Below are positions 39,254-48,682 of a stretch of 64,000 bases of DNA, in pieces. Source of the DNA: Candidatus Hydrogenedentota bacterium (GTDB taxonomy: Bacteria; Hydrogenedentota; Hydrogenedentia; Hydrogenedentales; SLHB01); NCBI GenBank assembly GCA_045863335.1, contig BTVY01000014.1, positions 32,001-96,000 of the forward strand. The letters run 5' to 3'. Numbering within the stretch: position 1 is the stretch's first letter; every line of letters starts with the position of its first letter. The notes beneath the pieces were generated by a model. The model did no database searches and had not been told where the DNA came from. It saw only the letters and a list, made by a program, of their open reading frames with translations. The position numbers and the translations under genes are program-made.

Positions 39254-39292
39254 AAAAAAACGAGCACCACCGCAGTAGTCCTGCGGTGGTGC
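39254..39292 (-). terminator. rho-independent terminator of fdxA
   Basis: 12-bp stem GCACCACCGCAG / CTGCGGTGGTGC followed by a T7 tract on the minus strand. Confidence 0.85.
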
Positions 39293-39343
39293 GGCAAGAG
39301 TTCGGCATTCGACAGGGAACCCGTCAAGCCGGGATATGCGACC

Positions 39344-39682
39344 CTACTGGGCGGCGGGCTCGCGAATAAGGTCGTCCAGTTTGTTCTCGACGTCTTTGGC
39401 CTCTTCGGCGGTGGGAAGGGGATCGTGCGTCTCGTTGATCACCGGCCACTCCGCAGCCAACTCTTTGTTCAATTCGATGTAGTGCGACCACTTCTCCGGC
39501 AGATCTTCTTCCGGATAGATCGCGTGAACCGGACATTCATCCACGCACGCTCCGCAGTCAATGCACTCATCCGGGTCGATAGTGAGCATGTTGACGCCTT
39601 CGTGGAAGCAGTCAACCGGGCACACCGCGACGCAGTCCGTGTACTTACACTTGATACACGGTTCAGCAACGATATGGGCCAT
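39344..39682 (-). CDS. fdxA: 7Fe-type ferredoxin (FdxA family)
   Basis: [18 protein letters not shown] and [18 protein letters not shown]; AGGAG RBS. Confidence 0.92.
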   Translation of the reverse strand: MAHIVAEPCIKCKYTDCVAVCPVDCFHEGVNMLTIDPDECIDCGACVDECPVHAIYPEEDLPEKWSHYIELNKELAAEWPVINETHDPLPTAEEAKDVENKLDDLIREPAAQ

Positions 39683-39923
39683 AATTCTCTCTCCTGTAAA
39701 AACGAAATGTGGCCGAATTCCCAACTTGAGGCCACATTGATCGCAACACCACGGGATGGGGGATCATTTCGTGGCGGTTCGGCGGCTAGGCACCCGATCC
39801 CCCGCCGGAATGAAGCCCTGTAAGTACCATTCTGCCCGCGCCCGTGTCAAATCCCGGGCCGCCACGGGGGAATCCACTTCGATTTCATGCGCCGAATTGG
39901 GGCGCGGCCAGCGTATCTGCTTC

Positions 39924-40493
39924 CTAGTGAGGCCGGACCTGTCCGGCCTCCTCGCAGATCGCGTCGAACAGGCGGGAAACCGGTTCCAAGCCGAAATCCT
40001 GAAAGTTCTTCGGGTTCTTCCAAAACTCTTTCAACCGCCCGCGTCCCTCACGTTCGTACAGGACGATCTTGATCATCATCTGGGCCTTGTCGAGTCCGCG
40101 GACGAGCCGGGCCTCCGGCGTCTGAGGGTCGATCAATTCACGATGGTACTCCGCGAAGTGGCCGGGGAAGCCATCGAGCAAGCGCTCGATGATCGCCTGT
40201 TCGGCGTTCTGCTTGGCCTCCTTGAGGTATCCGTCCCCGGCCGGCATGGGGATGTCCATGAGCCACGCTTCCGGCAGGTCATGAATGAGCGCCATCGTAA
40301 GCGCCCGTTCCCGGTCGAACTGCTCCGGGTACTCCTCCACAAAAAGCAAGGTCATCAGGGCGACGAAGTGACTATGCGCCGCAACGGACTCCGGTTCGGT
40401 GACGCCCCGCAACACATAGCCCGCCCGAGCGATGCGATCCAGCGGATGGATTTGTTCAAACAGGGAAATGACGCGACGTTCAAAAGCAACCAT
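39924..40493 (-). CDS. HD-domain hydrolase (YfbR/HDDC2-like 5'-deoxynucleotidase family)
   Basis: R.GY...G..EPESVAAHS, ALIHDLPEA, EARLVR.LDK. Confidence 0.85.
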   Translation of the reverse strand: MVAFERRVISLFEQIHPLDRIARAGYVLRGVTEPESVAAHSHFVALMTLLFVEEYPEQFDRERALTMALIHDLPEAWLMDIPMPAGDGYLKEAKQNAEQAIIERLLDGFPGHFAEYHRELIDPQTPEARLVRGLDKAQMMIKIVLYEREGRGRLKEFWKNPKNFQDFGLEPVSRLFDAICEEAGQVRPH

Positions 40494-40521
40494 TCGGCGC
40501 CTCGCAAAGCACAAACCGGCC

Positions 40522-41961
40522 CTAGATCAACGAATCCCGCAGGCAATCTTCCCGCATGTTCAGGTACTCGTCGAGCATGGCTTCCGCCGATTCGCGATCG
40601 AGTCCCAACACCGCGAGCGAAGGCGTGATGGCTTCGAGCAGGGGACCGCTATCTTCCAGTTTCGTTTGCAGGGCCCGCGCCATCAAATTGGCGATGGCGA
40701 CGATGGCGACGTTTTCTTTCGCGTCGACCGCCAATTCCGGACGGTGATGGAAGCGGATGGGCTCGGCAATCTCGATGGGGAGCCCCCAGTGCGCCGCGAG
40801 CAGGTGACCGGCTTCCGTGTGGGACAGCCCCAGAATTTCCTCTTCGTTGGCGATCAACTCTTCGCCATCCAGACTCTGGTCCACCTTGCCGTACAAATCC
40901 GACGCGACTTCCGAGAGCGCCAGCCGGCCGATGTCGTGCAACAACCCGCCGGAGAACACGCCAATCTGGCGCTTGCGTCCGCTGGCCTTCGCGATGATCC
41001 GCGTGGCCGCCGCGCAGCACATGGATTCGACCCAGAACGCGCGGTAATCGAAGACCTTTGACTTATCAAAGACATTAACCACCGCCGCAGACAACACGAT
41101 GGCGTACGTCTCACGCAATCCCAGCAGCGATACCGCCAGTCCCACGTCGTCCACGCGCTGCGGGAACCCGTAGGCAGCCGAATTGGCCACGCTCAGCACC
41201 TTCGCCGCAATGGGCGGGTCCAGGACGATGATATCCGCCACGTCGCGCACGGAACTCAAAGGATCGAGCGTCGCTTCCTGCACGCGCCGTACCGTCTCCG
41301 GCAACGCCGGAAGGGTATCGATCTGTCGAATGAGGTTCGCGACGTTGGTGAGTCGAATCGACGCACGGATGCCGGTTGCGTCAGGCACTTCCACACCAGC
41401 CGGCGTTACCGAGGGGGCCTCTTGCCCCGGCGCGGGCTCCGGGTAGTACCGCTCAATCGCCGACCGAATGTCGGACGGCGCGCACAACAAGGGTTTGACG
41501 CGCAGGCCAGTGCGTTCCTCGATCTTCTGCACCGTCGCCGAATCCAGCGGACACACCATGCCCACCGTCAGCAGACGGCCCAGCTTGTCGATGGGGAAAA
41601 TCTCGTGTTCCACCGCCATCTCACGGGGGATCAGTTCGATAAGCTGACGGGGAATCTCGTATTTGGAGAGGTCGATACTTGCAACGCCAGGCTGCCGAGC
41701 AAGAAAACCGACGAATGCCTCCGCGTCCAGGTAGCCCAACGCGATCAGCGTCTCGACGATCTTTCCGCCTTTGGCCGCCTGCGTGTTGAGCCCTTCCTGC
41801 AACTGCTCCCGATGAATCAACCCCGCGTCGACGAGCAATTCGCCGATGCGCCGCTTCGCCATGGAATCCAGTTGTCGCTGAGCGGCAGCACGGGACGACG
41901 ATGGCGCTCCGCCTCCATACCCTCGATTGCCCGGTTGCCTGTCATTTGTACTCGGTGTCAT
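40522..41961 (-). CDS. MshEN/T2SSE_N domain fused to HDOD domain
   Basis: RIGELLVDAGLI....L..GL..Q at the N-terminus; LPALP, DP.IAAKVL.VANSA.YG, GLLHDIGRL, LAAHWGLP, HH.P. Confidence 0.85.
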   Translation of the reverse strand: MTPSTNDRQPGNRGYGGGAPSSSRAAAQRQLDSMAKRRIGELLVDAGLIHREQLQEGLNTQAAKGGKIVETLIALGYLDAEAFVGFLARQPGVASIDLSKYEIPRQLIELIPREMAVEHEIFPIDKLGRLLTVGMVCPLDSATVQKIEERTGLRVKPLLCAPSDIRSAIERYYPEPAPGQEAPSVTPAGVEVPDATGIRASIRLTNVANLIRQIDTLPALPETVRRVQEATLDPLSSVRDVADIIVLDPPIAAKVLSVANSAAYGFPQRVDDVGLAVSLLGLRETYAIVLSAAVVNVFDKSKVFDYRAFWVESMCCAAATRIIAKASGRKRQIGVFSGGLLHDIGRLALSEVASDLYGKVDQSLDGEELIANEEEILGLSHTEAGHLLAAHWGLPIEIAEPIRFHHRPELAVDAKENVAIVAIANLMARALQTKLEDSGPLLEAITPSLAVLGLDRESAEAMLDEYLNMREDCLRDSLI

Positions 41962-42133
41962 CTAGTACCTTCCCATTTACCGGGCATCTGCGCACGCCGC
42001 GTGCAGCCAGTACCGAAGGCGCGCGGTCAAAATCTCACCTGCGCTAAGACAGAAGACGGCCCAGTGCCAAACCATTCTACGGGCGCATGCCAGTACCAAT
42101 CAAGCAGACCGGCTATCGTCAAATGTTGCCGCG

Positions 42134-44296
42134 CTAGCGCCGCAGCGCCGCTTCCATTCTCGCCGTTTCTCGCAGCCCCGCATATATCTCCCGGGCGGCC
42201 CGGACACGATCGAGCAAATCGGGGCCTTGCAAGGCCAACTGCTGAATGGGCCGGTTGTCGTTCACGGCTCCTGCATCGTTCTGGGCGATTGCCTCGGCGA
42301 CGATCTGCTCGATCTCCGCAAGGCTGATTTCCCGCTTTGCGATGAGGTCCTCGATGCCCTCGTATTTCCAGAATCGCAGTCCATCCCGCACGACGTATAT
42401 CGGCGTGGTATGCGCTCGCGACCCGTCGCTGCCCTCGGCACGTGCGGCAATCCAGAATCCATTGCCCGAAGGGACTTCAAAGTCGAGAACCAGTTCAGCC
42501 TCATCTGCTGACGAGGGTTCAATGCTCTCAATAGAATCTCCGTGGACGATGACATCCAACTTGGACGGCACGCAGCGCTCGAGGTCGCCCCACGCGCGCG
42601 CATACACGCGCAACGGCCTGTCATCGTCGATGAGAATCTCGTCGCCGGGAATAGCCTTGTCCACGCGGAAGTCCAGCATGATGCCGTTCGTCACGAAGGT
42701 GTTGCCGCGCCGTACTGCCTCAAACCATCGGTCCGCGTTGAAGCGCTTCCTGCCGGTATAGGCATATACCCGCACCTCGCCTACGCTCCCGCCCCAAGGC
42801 ACATCGGACCCGGCCGACGCGGTCACTTTGAAGCCTGTGTTCAGGAAGTCGTAGTACAAGTCCGTGCCGAGATTCGCAAATTGCAGCAACTCCACGAAGT
42901 CGATCTTCTCTTTGGGGATGTTGATGCTCATGTCGCGGTGCACGAAGAAGATCCCCGAATTGACGTGGGCGTACCCCGACAGCCCGCCCTGCCGGTGCGC
43001 TTCATCGAAGACGGTATCGTACAAGTAGTACTGCTCCGTGTTCCGAATCAGGTTCTTGATGTTCATGGAGATGGTGTGGCCGAGTTCGTTGTGCGTTCGC
43101 GGGCACTCCTGCCCCGGCGACAGCACGTAGTCGCCATCCACCACGCGATAGTCCTTCCCGAAGCCGCGCTGCTCGAACCAGGTCCGGTAGATGTCTCCCA
43201 TCTTCACGATGTTTGCGAGATGCACGTCTTCCGCCTGGATCCAGGTCATGACGGTCTCCGCATCCGCGTCGCTAAGAATTTGCGTGTGGACGTGGTCGTC
43301 GCCCGAGTACCACCCGGACTTTCGCATGTCGACCCAACGGCGCGGGCGGTAGGTCCGCTCGACCAGAGAATCGGATTCCACCGTCACCGTGTCGCGCACG
43401 GCCACGTGCTCGGTCCCGCGCAACACCGTGACTTCATAGTCACCGGGCGCAAGCTCCATCGTGAACGGCTCCGGCACGCACCAATAGGCGCCCGCCAATT
43501 GTCCCGGCAGGTTCGTCCGCCGCGCGCCTTCCCAGTTTCCCTGGCGGTCGAATTGCGGGCCGAAGTCGAGCGCGTTGCTGGGCTGAATCTCCCGGCCGTC
43601 GTGTTTCCATACGATGCGCATCATCGCCGGCGCGGGTTTCCCCGTGTCGTCGGAGAGCACGGCCACCTTCAGCGTCCCGTGATTCGGCGTCACGGTCTGT
43701 ACCGGCAGGATCGTGGTCGGCTGGCCGGCCACGGCAAACTCAATCTCCATGGAGGTTTTGAGTTGCGGGACCCGGTTCAAGGACACCAGCACCCACGTGA
43801 CGCAATCCGGCGCTACCTCCACCGGCAACCGGTTGCGCGAGTATTCCGAGAGGTTGTAGTCCAGCGTCAGGCAACGCGCGGGTCCGTCCCCCGTGGTCAC
43901 GCGAAACAGAAAGGCCCCCGAATCCCCCGGCAACGTGATGGGCTCTAGTGGCGGCAAGGTGGTCTGCTCGCCGGTAAGGGTGATATCCCGCGTCGCCGGA
44001 CAGGCCAGCAACAACTCCTGCAACCGGGCCGCGGCCTCGTCCCGTTTCCGTGCCGCCGCTGCGCGCTGTTCGTCTGAGGACGCGCGGCGGGCCTCCTGGA
44101 CCGCCTCGCGCAGATTCCGGTTGACGGTGTCCAGTTCCGCACGATCGGCTTCTCCGAACAAGTAGGCATGGTACCGGACCAGGGCACTTGCCATATCCGG
44201 CGCGCCCGGTAAGCTTTCCTCCTGCGCGATGGCCGTTAATCCGCCAAGCAGAATGAGCCACGCCGCGACTGCAAGAACCCGTGCTTTCATCATCAC
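42134..44296 (-). CDS. secreted CehA/McbA family (PHP-like) metallohydrolase
   Basis: signal peptide; RGTEH, GWYSGDDHVH, GYAH, ASAGSD, G.TFVTNG, AHTTPIYV. Confidence 0.82.
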   Translation of the reverse strand: MMMKARVLAVAAWLILLGGLTAIAQEESLPGAPDMASALVRYHAYLFGEADRAELDTVNRNLREAVQEARRASSDEQRAAAARKRDEAAARLQELLLACPATRDITLTGEQTTLPPLEPITLPGDSGAFLFRVTTGDGPARCLTLDYNLSEYSRNRLPVEVAPDCVTWVLVSLNRVPQLKTSMEIEFAVAGQPTTILPVQTVTPNHGTLKVAVLSDDTGKPAPAMMRIVWKHDGREIQPSNALDFGPQFDRQGNWEGARRTNLPGQLAGAYWCVPEPFTMELAPGDYEVTVLRGTEHVAVRDTVTVESDSLVERTYRPRRWVDMRKSGWYSGDDHVHTQILSDADAETVMTWIQAEDVHLANIVKMGDIYRTWFEQRGFGKDYRVVDGDYVLSPGQECPRTHNELGHTISMNIKNLIRNTEQYYLYDTVFDEAHRQGGLSGYAHVNSGIFFVHRDMSINIPKEKIDFVELLQFANLGTDLYYDFLNTGFKVTASAGSDVPWGGSVGEVRVYAYTGRKRFNADRWFEAVRRGNTFVTNGIMLDFRVDKAIPGDEILIDDDRPLRVYARAWGDLERCVPSKLDVIVHGDSIESIEPSSADEAELVLDFEVPSGNGFWIAARAEGSDGSRAHTTPIYVVRDGLRFWKYEGIEDLIAKREISLAEIEQIVAEAIAQNDAGAVNDNRPIQQLALQGPDLLDRVRAAREIYAGLRETARMEAALRR

Positions 44297-44976
44297 TGTA
44301 CCCGCCTCTCGTTATGGCTTTCCGTGCGCAATTCCGGCACGGAGTCCCCCGCTGGTATCACCCCTTCGCCTGGCGAAGCTTTCCCTTTGACCGTTTTGCA
44401 CGTCGCGGTCACGACTCGGAGCGACTTCGTCAGTTCGGATGGCCGGCGCAGGCCGGGATTGGGCGCTCCGTTCATCTCGATGCCATTCTCCCCGTAGACA
44501 GTCGAAGCGACGAGGGAAGGCGCGTCTGTCCAGAGTGTGCTGTCGAGACTCAGCGTGGACCCGGTATGAAACGATTCCGGCGTGCGCGCGAAAAAGAAAA
44601 GCCGCAACACATGGGGATGCGCCTCTACACCGGAGGAATCGAGGAAATCCAGTTCCGCGTCATGCAACGGAATCAACGGCAGCGGTATGCCGTCGATGCG
44701 CAACGTGATTCCTCTTTCCGCCTCTGAGGCCACGGCATCGAGATAGTCTTTCACCTCATCGCCGGAAAGGACTCCGTCCAGGTCGGCATCTATCTTGTGC
44801 CGCTCCTCGCGTGACACGGGGCTGGTAAAAAGAAGTTCGAGCGTGATATCCACGTTGGCCGGCGTGACGATGGCCGTCACGCGCTGTTGCAGATACTGCT
44901 CCAACTCGACGTGCGCGCGAACGGGGCAAACAACGAACAGGAACACTCCAGCCAAGCCCAGCGCCCGAGTTCGCAT
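44293..44976 (-). CDS. hypothetical exported protein with EF-hand-like loop
   Basis: signal peptide ending VRA-H; DADLDGVLSGDE; stop overlaps the downstream start. Confidence 0.65.
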   Translation of the reverse strand: MRTRALGLAGVFLFVVCPVRAHVELEQYLQQRVTAIVTPANVDITLELLFTSPVSREERHKIDADLDGVLSGDEVKDYLDAVASEAERGITLRIDGIPLPLIPLHDAELDFLDSSGVEAHPHVLRLFFFARTPESFHTGSTLSLDSTLWTDAPSLVASTVYGENGIEMNGAPNPGLRRPSELTKSLRVVTATCKTVKGKASPGEGVIPAGDSVPELRTESHNERRVQ

Positions 44977-45250
44977 CTTCAGACTCCCCCTTTGCGGAAC
45001 AGGTATGGCTCAGTCTAGGACCGAAGAGCGACGCTGTCAATTGCTCCATTTCCGGCGATGCGACGAAACCGCCTGTGCCGTGTATAATCCAAGAGACCCA
45101 TGTCCCGTCCGCGAATCGGTGGGCCAGACCCATTCGCGCGGCGCAAGTGTCTTTCCTAGAAACGAAAGTGAATGGACCCTGCATCGTCTCCGTCTCGTCG
45201 CTGAGTTTGTTTGGCGCAGTGGGCGTCGAGACCGCCAAGGAGCAGTCGCA

Positions 45251-46840
45251 ATGCGTAAACAATTTGTATTCATAGCCTTAGCTCTTTGTGTCGGGATTGC
45301 TGCGGCTCAGCCATCAGCGGACCACGCGACGGCCCCGCCCATCACTACCAAGGCCGGATATGACGCTGCGCTCCACGCCCTTCCCCCCGATTTGGTGGAG
45401 GCCTATTTGCAGTTCGTGGGCACATCCCACGTATTCGACAACTTCGAGGGGCAGAACAGCTACCTTAAGTCAATGTCTGACAGCCACAAACAGCTCCTCG
45501 TGGGCAGCGGTTTCGAGGTGGATTTGGATTCCGCGGCGCTGTTCGGCGAGGGTATTCAGGATGGCCCCTATACCGTTTACGAAACGGCCATCTCTTCGCT
45601 GGACGCGGAGTCTCTGCGGTTTCTCGTCGACTTGAGCCAGCTCCAGGAAGGCGAGGAAGCGTGGGTGATCGATATGAGCGAGCCTCGCGCCTTCGGCCCC
45701 TACGGGGCAAGCGACGCCCACGAAGACGGCCGTTGGCTGCCCACCACCGTCGGGGAGTCGGCCGTGCTCATGGTGCGCACCACCGGCGATACGGTCCCGC
45801 AGATTCGACTGATCGGCGTTTCCCACTTCTTCGAGCGTTTCGAGGACGCGCTCAAGCTCCTCCCCTGCAACAACAACGTCATTTGCGAATCGAACGCGAC
45901 CGTGCAAGATGTCATGACGGGCGTCGGCATGATGGTCGTGCCTCAGGGTGGATTCGATCAGGCTCTTTGCACCGGATCGCTTATCAATAACTCGGATACG
46001 GCCGCTTTGGAGCCCTACTTCCTGACGAGCTGGCACTGTGTGCCGGATTATGTCGACGCCGATGAGGTGGACATCATCTGGGATTACCGCGCCACCGCGT
46101 GCGACACCAACGATCCTCCGTCGCTGGCTTCCTTGCCGCGCAGCGAAGGCGAAGTCGTATTGACCACCAACAACGGGTACGACCTCACGCTCATGCGGCT
46201 GCTCAGCGTACCCTCCGGCACCCTCGGCCGCACGTACCTCGGGTGGGAAACGCGCGACCCGGTCTTCGGCGAAGACGTGGTAACTATCCATTATCCGGAC
46301 GGATCGCACGAGCGCATCAGCTACGGAGAAGTCGTGGGGATCGATCAGAGCTCTGGCGGTTTCGTTCGCCAGACGAAGCTTCAGTGGTATGACGGCGTCA
46401 CCGAAGGCGGTTCTTCGGGCAGTCCCATGTTGTTGGTGGCGTCGAGCTATCATCTCGCCGGCACCCTGAGCAATGGCCCCACCCATTCATGCACGAATAC
46501 CGCCGGCAACGTGGACTGGTACACGTCGTTCCGGGATTTCTTCCCCCAGGCCGAAGGCTGGTTGACGGGCACCAACCCGCCTCCGCCTGACGGCCCCGGA
46601 CCGGGGATAACGACCTGCCCCGCGGCCAAGGTATTCAAGGACAATCCGGAAATACTCCAGAACCTCCGAACGTTGCGGGATCAAGGGCTGTTGAAGACTG
46701 CCTGGGGCAAACCCGTCGTGGATGCCTACTATGCCGCCGCGCCCTATCTCGCCCGCCTGGTCGATTGGTCGCCTGTGGCGCGGGACACCTTTAAGATGGC
46801 CGCCGCTCCCTTTGCCGCCCTTGGCGCAAAGTTATCCTGA
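45251..46840 (+). CDS. secreted trypsin-like (lysyl endopeptidase-like) serine protease with CFI-box-CTERM-like C-terminal domain
   Basis: AAGGAG RBS; signal peptide; CTGSLINN, TSWHC, DLTL, GGSSGSP; C-terminal LR.LRD..L..T.WG...V..YY...P. Confidence 0.85.
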   Translation: MRKQFVFIALALCVGIAAAQPSADHATAPPITTKAGYDAALHALPPDLVEAYLQFVGTSHVFDNFEGQNSYLKSMSDSHKQLLVGSGFEVDLDSAALFGEGIQDGPYTVYETAISSLDAESLRFLVDLSQLQEGEEAWVIDMSEPRAFGPYGASDAHEDGRWLPTTVGESAVLMVRTTGDTVPQIRLIGVSHFFERFEDALKLLPCNNNVICESNATVQDVMTGVGMMVVPQGGFDQALCTGSLINNSDTAALEPYFLTSWHCVPDYVDADEVDIIWDYRATACDTNDPPSLASLPRSEGEVVLTTNNGYDLTLMRLLSVPSGTLGRTYLGWETRDPVFGEDVVTIHYPDGSHERISYGEVVGIDQSSGGFVRQTKLQWYDGVTEGGSSGSPMLLVASSYHLAGTLSNGPTHSCTNTAGNVDWYTSFRDFFPQAEGWLTGTNPPPPDGPGPGITTCPAAKVFKDNPEILQNLRTLRDQGLLKTAWGKPVVDAYYAAAPYLARLVDWSPVARDTFKMAAAPFAALGAKLS

Positions 46841-46926
46841 AACGGAGAGATTGAGAAGCATTTTTCTCCCACGGCACTTGCACTTCTTGCGATGCGCGAC
46901 TAGCGTCGCACAATTAAGGATCAACC

Positions 46927-47808
46927 ATGCGAATCAAGTTTCCCTTGCTTGCCATTCTTCCGATCGCCCTCATACTGGGCTGGGCCGGCGCCGAGGCCGC
47001 CGAGGAAGAGATCAATAACAACATGCGCATCACGCGGGACATCGTGTATCGCACGCCTCCACCCGCCGATCCCGAACGGAATTCGCTGGACATCTATCGA
47101 CCCCTTGAAGGCGATAGTCTTCCGGTCATGGTCTTCATCCATGGCGGTTCCTGGCGCGCCGGCGACAAGGGATGGGAAGGGAACAAGCCCCAGTTCTTCA
47201 CATCCCAGGGATACGTCTTCGCGAGCATCAACTACAGATTGTCGCCCGAAGTGCAACACCCGGCGCATGTGCAGGACGTGGCCCACGCCATCGCATGGCT
47301 CCATGAGCACGTGGCGGAGTACGGCGGCGATGCCAACCGGATGTTTGTGCTCGGCCATTCCTCCGGCGCGCACCTGGCCGCGCTGGTCGCCACGGATGAA
47401 CGTTACCTCCAGGAAGCCGGAGAAGACCTCTCGATCATCAAAGGTGTCATTGTGCTCGACGGCGGCGGCTATGACATTCCCAAAATGGTGAACAGCGGCG
47501 AGTTGTTTGCCCAGGGCCGTTACGAACGCGCCTTTGGAAAAGACCAGGACGTGTGGGTCGATGCTTCACCCGTAACCCATGCGAAACCGCGCAAGGACAT
47601 TCCGCCATTCCTGTTGGTCCACGCCGGGAAACGCAAGGCTTCGCGCGAGCAAGCCGAAAAACTGGCCACGGCCTTGCGCGATGCAGATGTGCGCGCAGAG
47701 GTCCACCACCAGCCCAACAAGAATCACATCACCATCAACAGCAACATCGGCGATAAGGACGACGAAACCACGGCCCGTATCCTGCAATTCCTGAACTCGA
47801 TCGGATAG
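46927..47808 (+). CDS. secreted alpha/beta hydrolase (HGG-type carboxylesterase)
   Basis: LDIY.P, IHGGSW, INYRL, GHSSGAHL. Confidence 0.9.
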   Translation: MRIKFPLLAILPIALILGWAGAEAAEEEINNNMRITRDIVYRTPPPADPERNSLDIYRPLEGDSLPVMVFIHGGSWRAGDKGWEGNKPQFFTSQGYVFASINYRLSPEVQHPAHVQDVAHAIAWLHEHVAEYGGDANRMFVLGHSSGAHLAALVATDERYLQEAGEDLSIIKGVIVLDGGGYDIPKMVNSGELFAQGRYERAFGKDQDVWVDASPVTHAKPRKDIPPFLLVHAGKRKASREQAEKLATALRDADVRAEVHHQPNKNHITINSNIGDKDDETTARILQFLNSIG

Positions 47809-47857
47809 ACGTCCGGCGAGTAAGATAGTCTCCGTGACAACGCAAGGTGGATGACTG

Positions 47858-48619
47858 ATGCTCTCTCCCAGCCAATTAGAGCAATACCGCGACCAAGGTT
47901 ACCTGGCTTTTGAACGCCTGATCCATGGCCAGAAGCTTGAACACTACATGGGCCTTTTGCGCGATGCCGTGGAACGGAGCAACGATCTCCAGGGCGACGC
48001 CCATTGGACCTTCGAATTGGACGAGAACGGGGTCGAGCGGCCCGGGCACATGCTTCACAAGATTCAAGGCGTGTGCGTCGCCGTGCCGGGCGTTCTCGAG
48101 CTGGCGAAGGAACCCGCGATTGTTGACAAGGTCGCTTCGCTGCTAGGACCGGATGTCGACGTCTTTGGCACCAAGTTTTTCCCCCTTCTGCCGGGCGGGG
48201 GTACATCGACCTTCTGGCATCAGGACAACTTCTACTTCGACACCTGGGCCGACGAGATCGTCACCTGCGGAATCTATCTCGAGGATACGACCCGCGAAAA
48301 CGGCTGTCTCAAGGTCATCCCCGGCAGCCATAAGGACGGACCGCAGACCCACCACCGCAACCCCGGCACCTACGGGAGTTGGGTGGAGGTGGACGAGTCT
48401 CGCGCGGTCGACCTGGAAATCCCCGGGGGCACGGTCCTCCTTTTTTCGGCGAATCTGTTGCACGGCGCGAATCCAAACCGCAGCAACCGTAGTCGATATA
48501 GTACGGCCTGGCATTACATTCCGGGCGCAATGGATCTGCCCCAGTTCCGGCGTGGCCAATACGAGGACCGCCATATCGTTCGGTCGGCTGGCGCCCGCGT
48601 TGAATCCACGGCCCCGTGA
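47858..48619 (+). CDS. phytanoyl-CoA dioxygenase family Fe(II)/2-oxoglutarate dioxygenase
   Basis: WHQD, ENGCL.VIPGSH, LLHG..N....R. Confidence 0.9.
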   Translation: MLSPSQLEQYRDQGYLAFERLIHGQKLEHYMGLLRDAVERSNDLQGDAHWTFELDENGVERPGHMLHKIQGVCVAVPGVLELAKEPAIVDKVASLLGPDVDVFGTKFFPLLPGGGTSTFWHQDNFYFDTWADEIVTCGIYLEDTTRENGCLKVIPGSHKDGPQTHHRNPGTYGSWVEVDESRAVDLEIPGGTVLLFSANLLHGANPNRSNRSRYSTAWHYIPGAMDLPQFRRGQYEDRHIVRSAGARVESTAP

Positions 48620-48682
48620 ATGGGGCTGGATCCCGGTCGTCTGATTCTCCAAGTTTCTAACCCGCAATTACGGAGATCGTTT

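Noticed and set aside
39756-39806. Fluoride riboswitch-like words (AACCGCC, ATGAT) in the fdxA leader
   Set aside because: Spacing and the conserved GAUG core do not fit, and the downstream gene is not a typical fluoride-resistance gene; kept only as an unassigned structured leader.
44795-45250. Long N-terminal extensions in the ORF track (also 54073, 56336, 57280, 58982, 60980, 22001, 30439)
   Set aside because: They overlap neighbouring genes or intergenic DNA; downstream starts with an RBS or stop/start coupling fit better.
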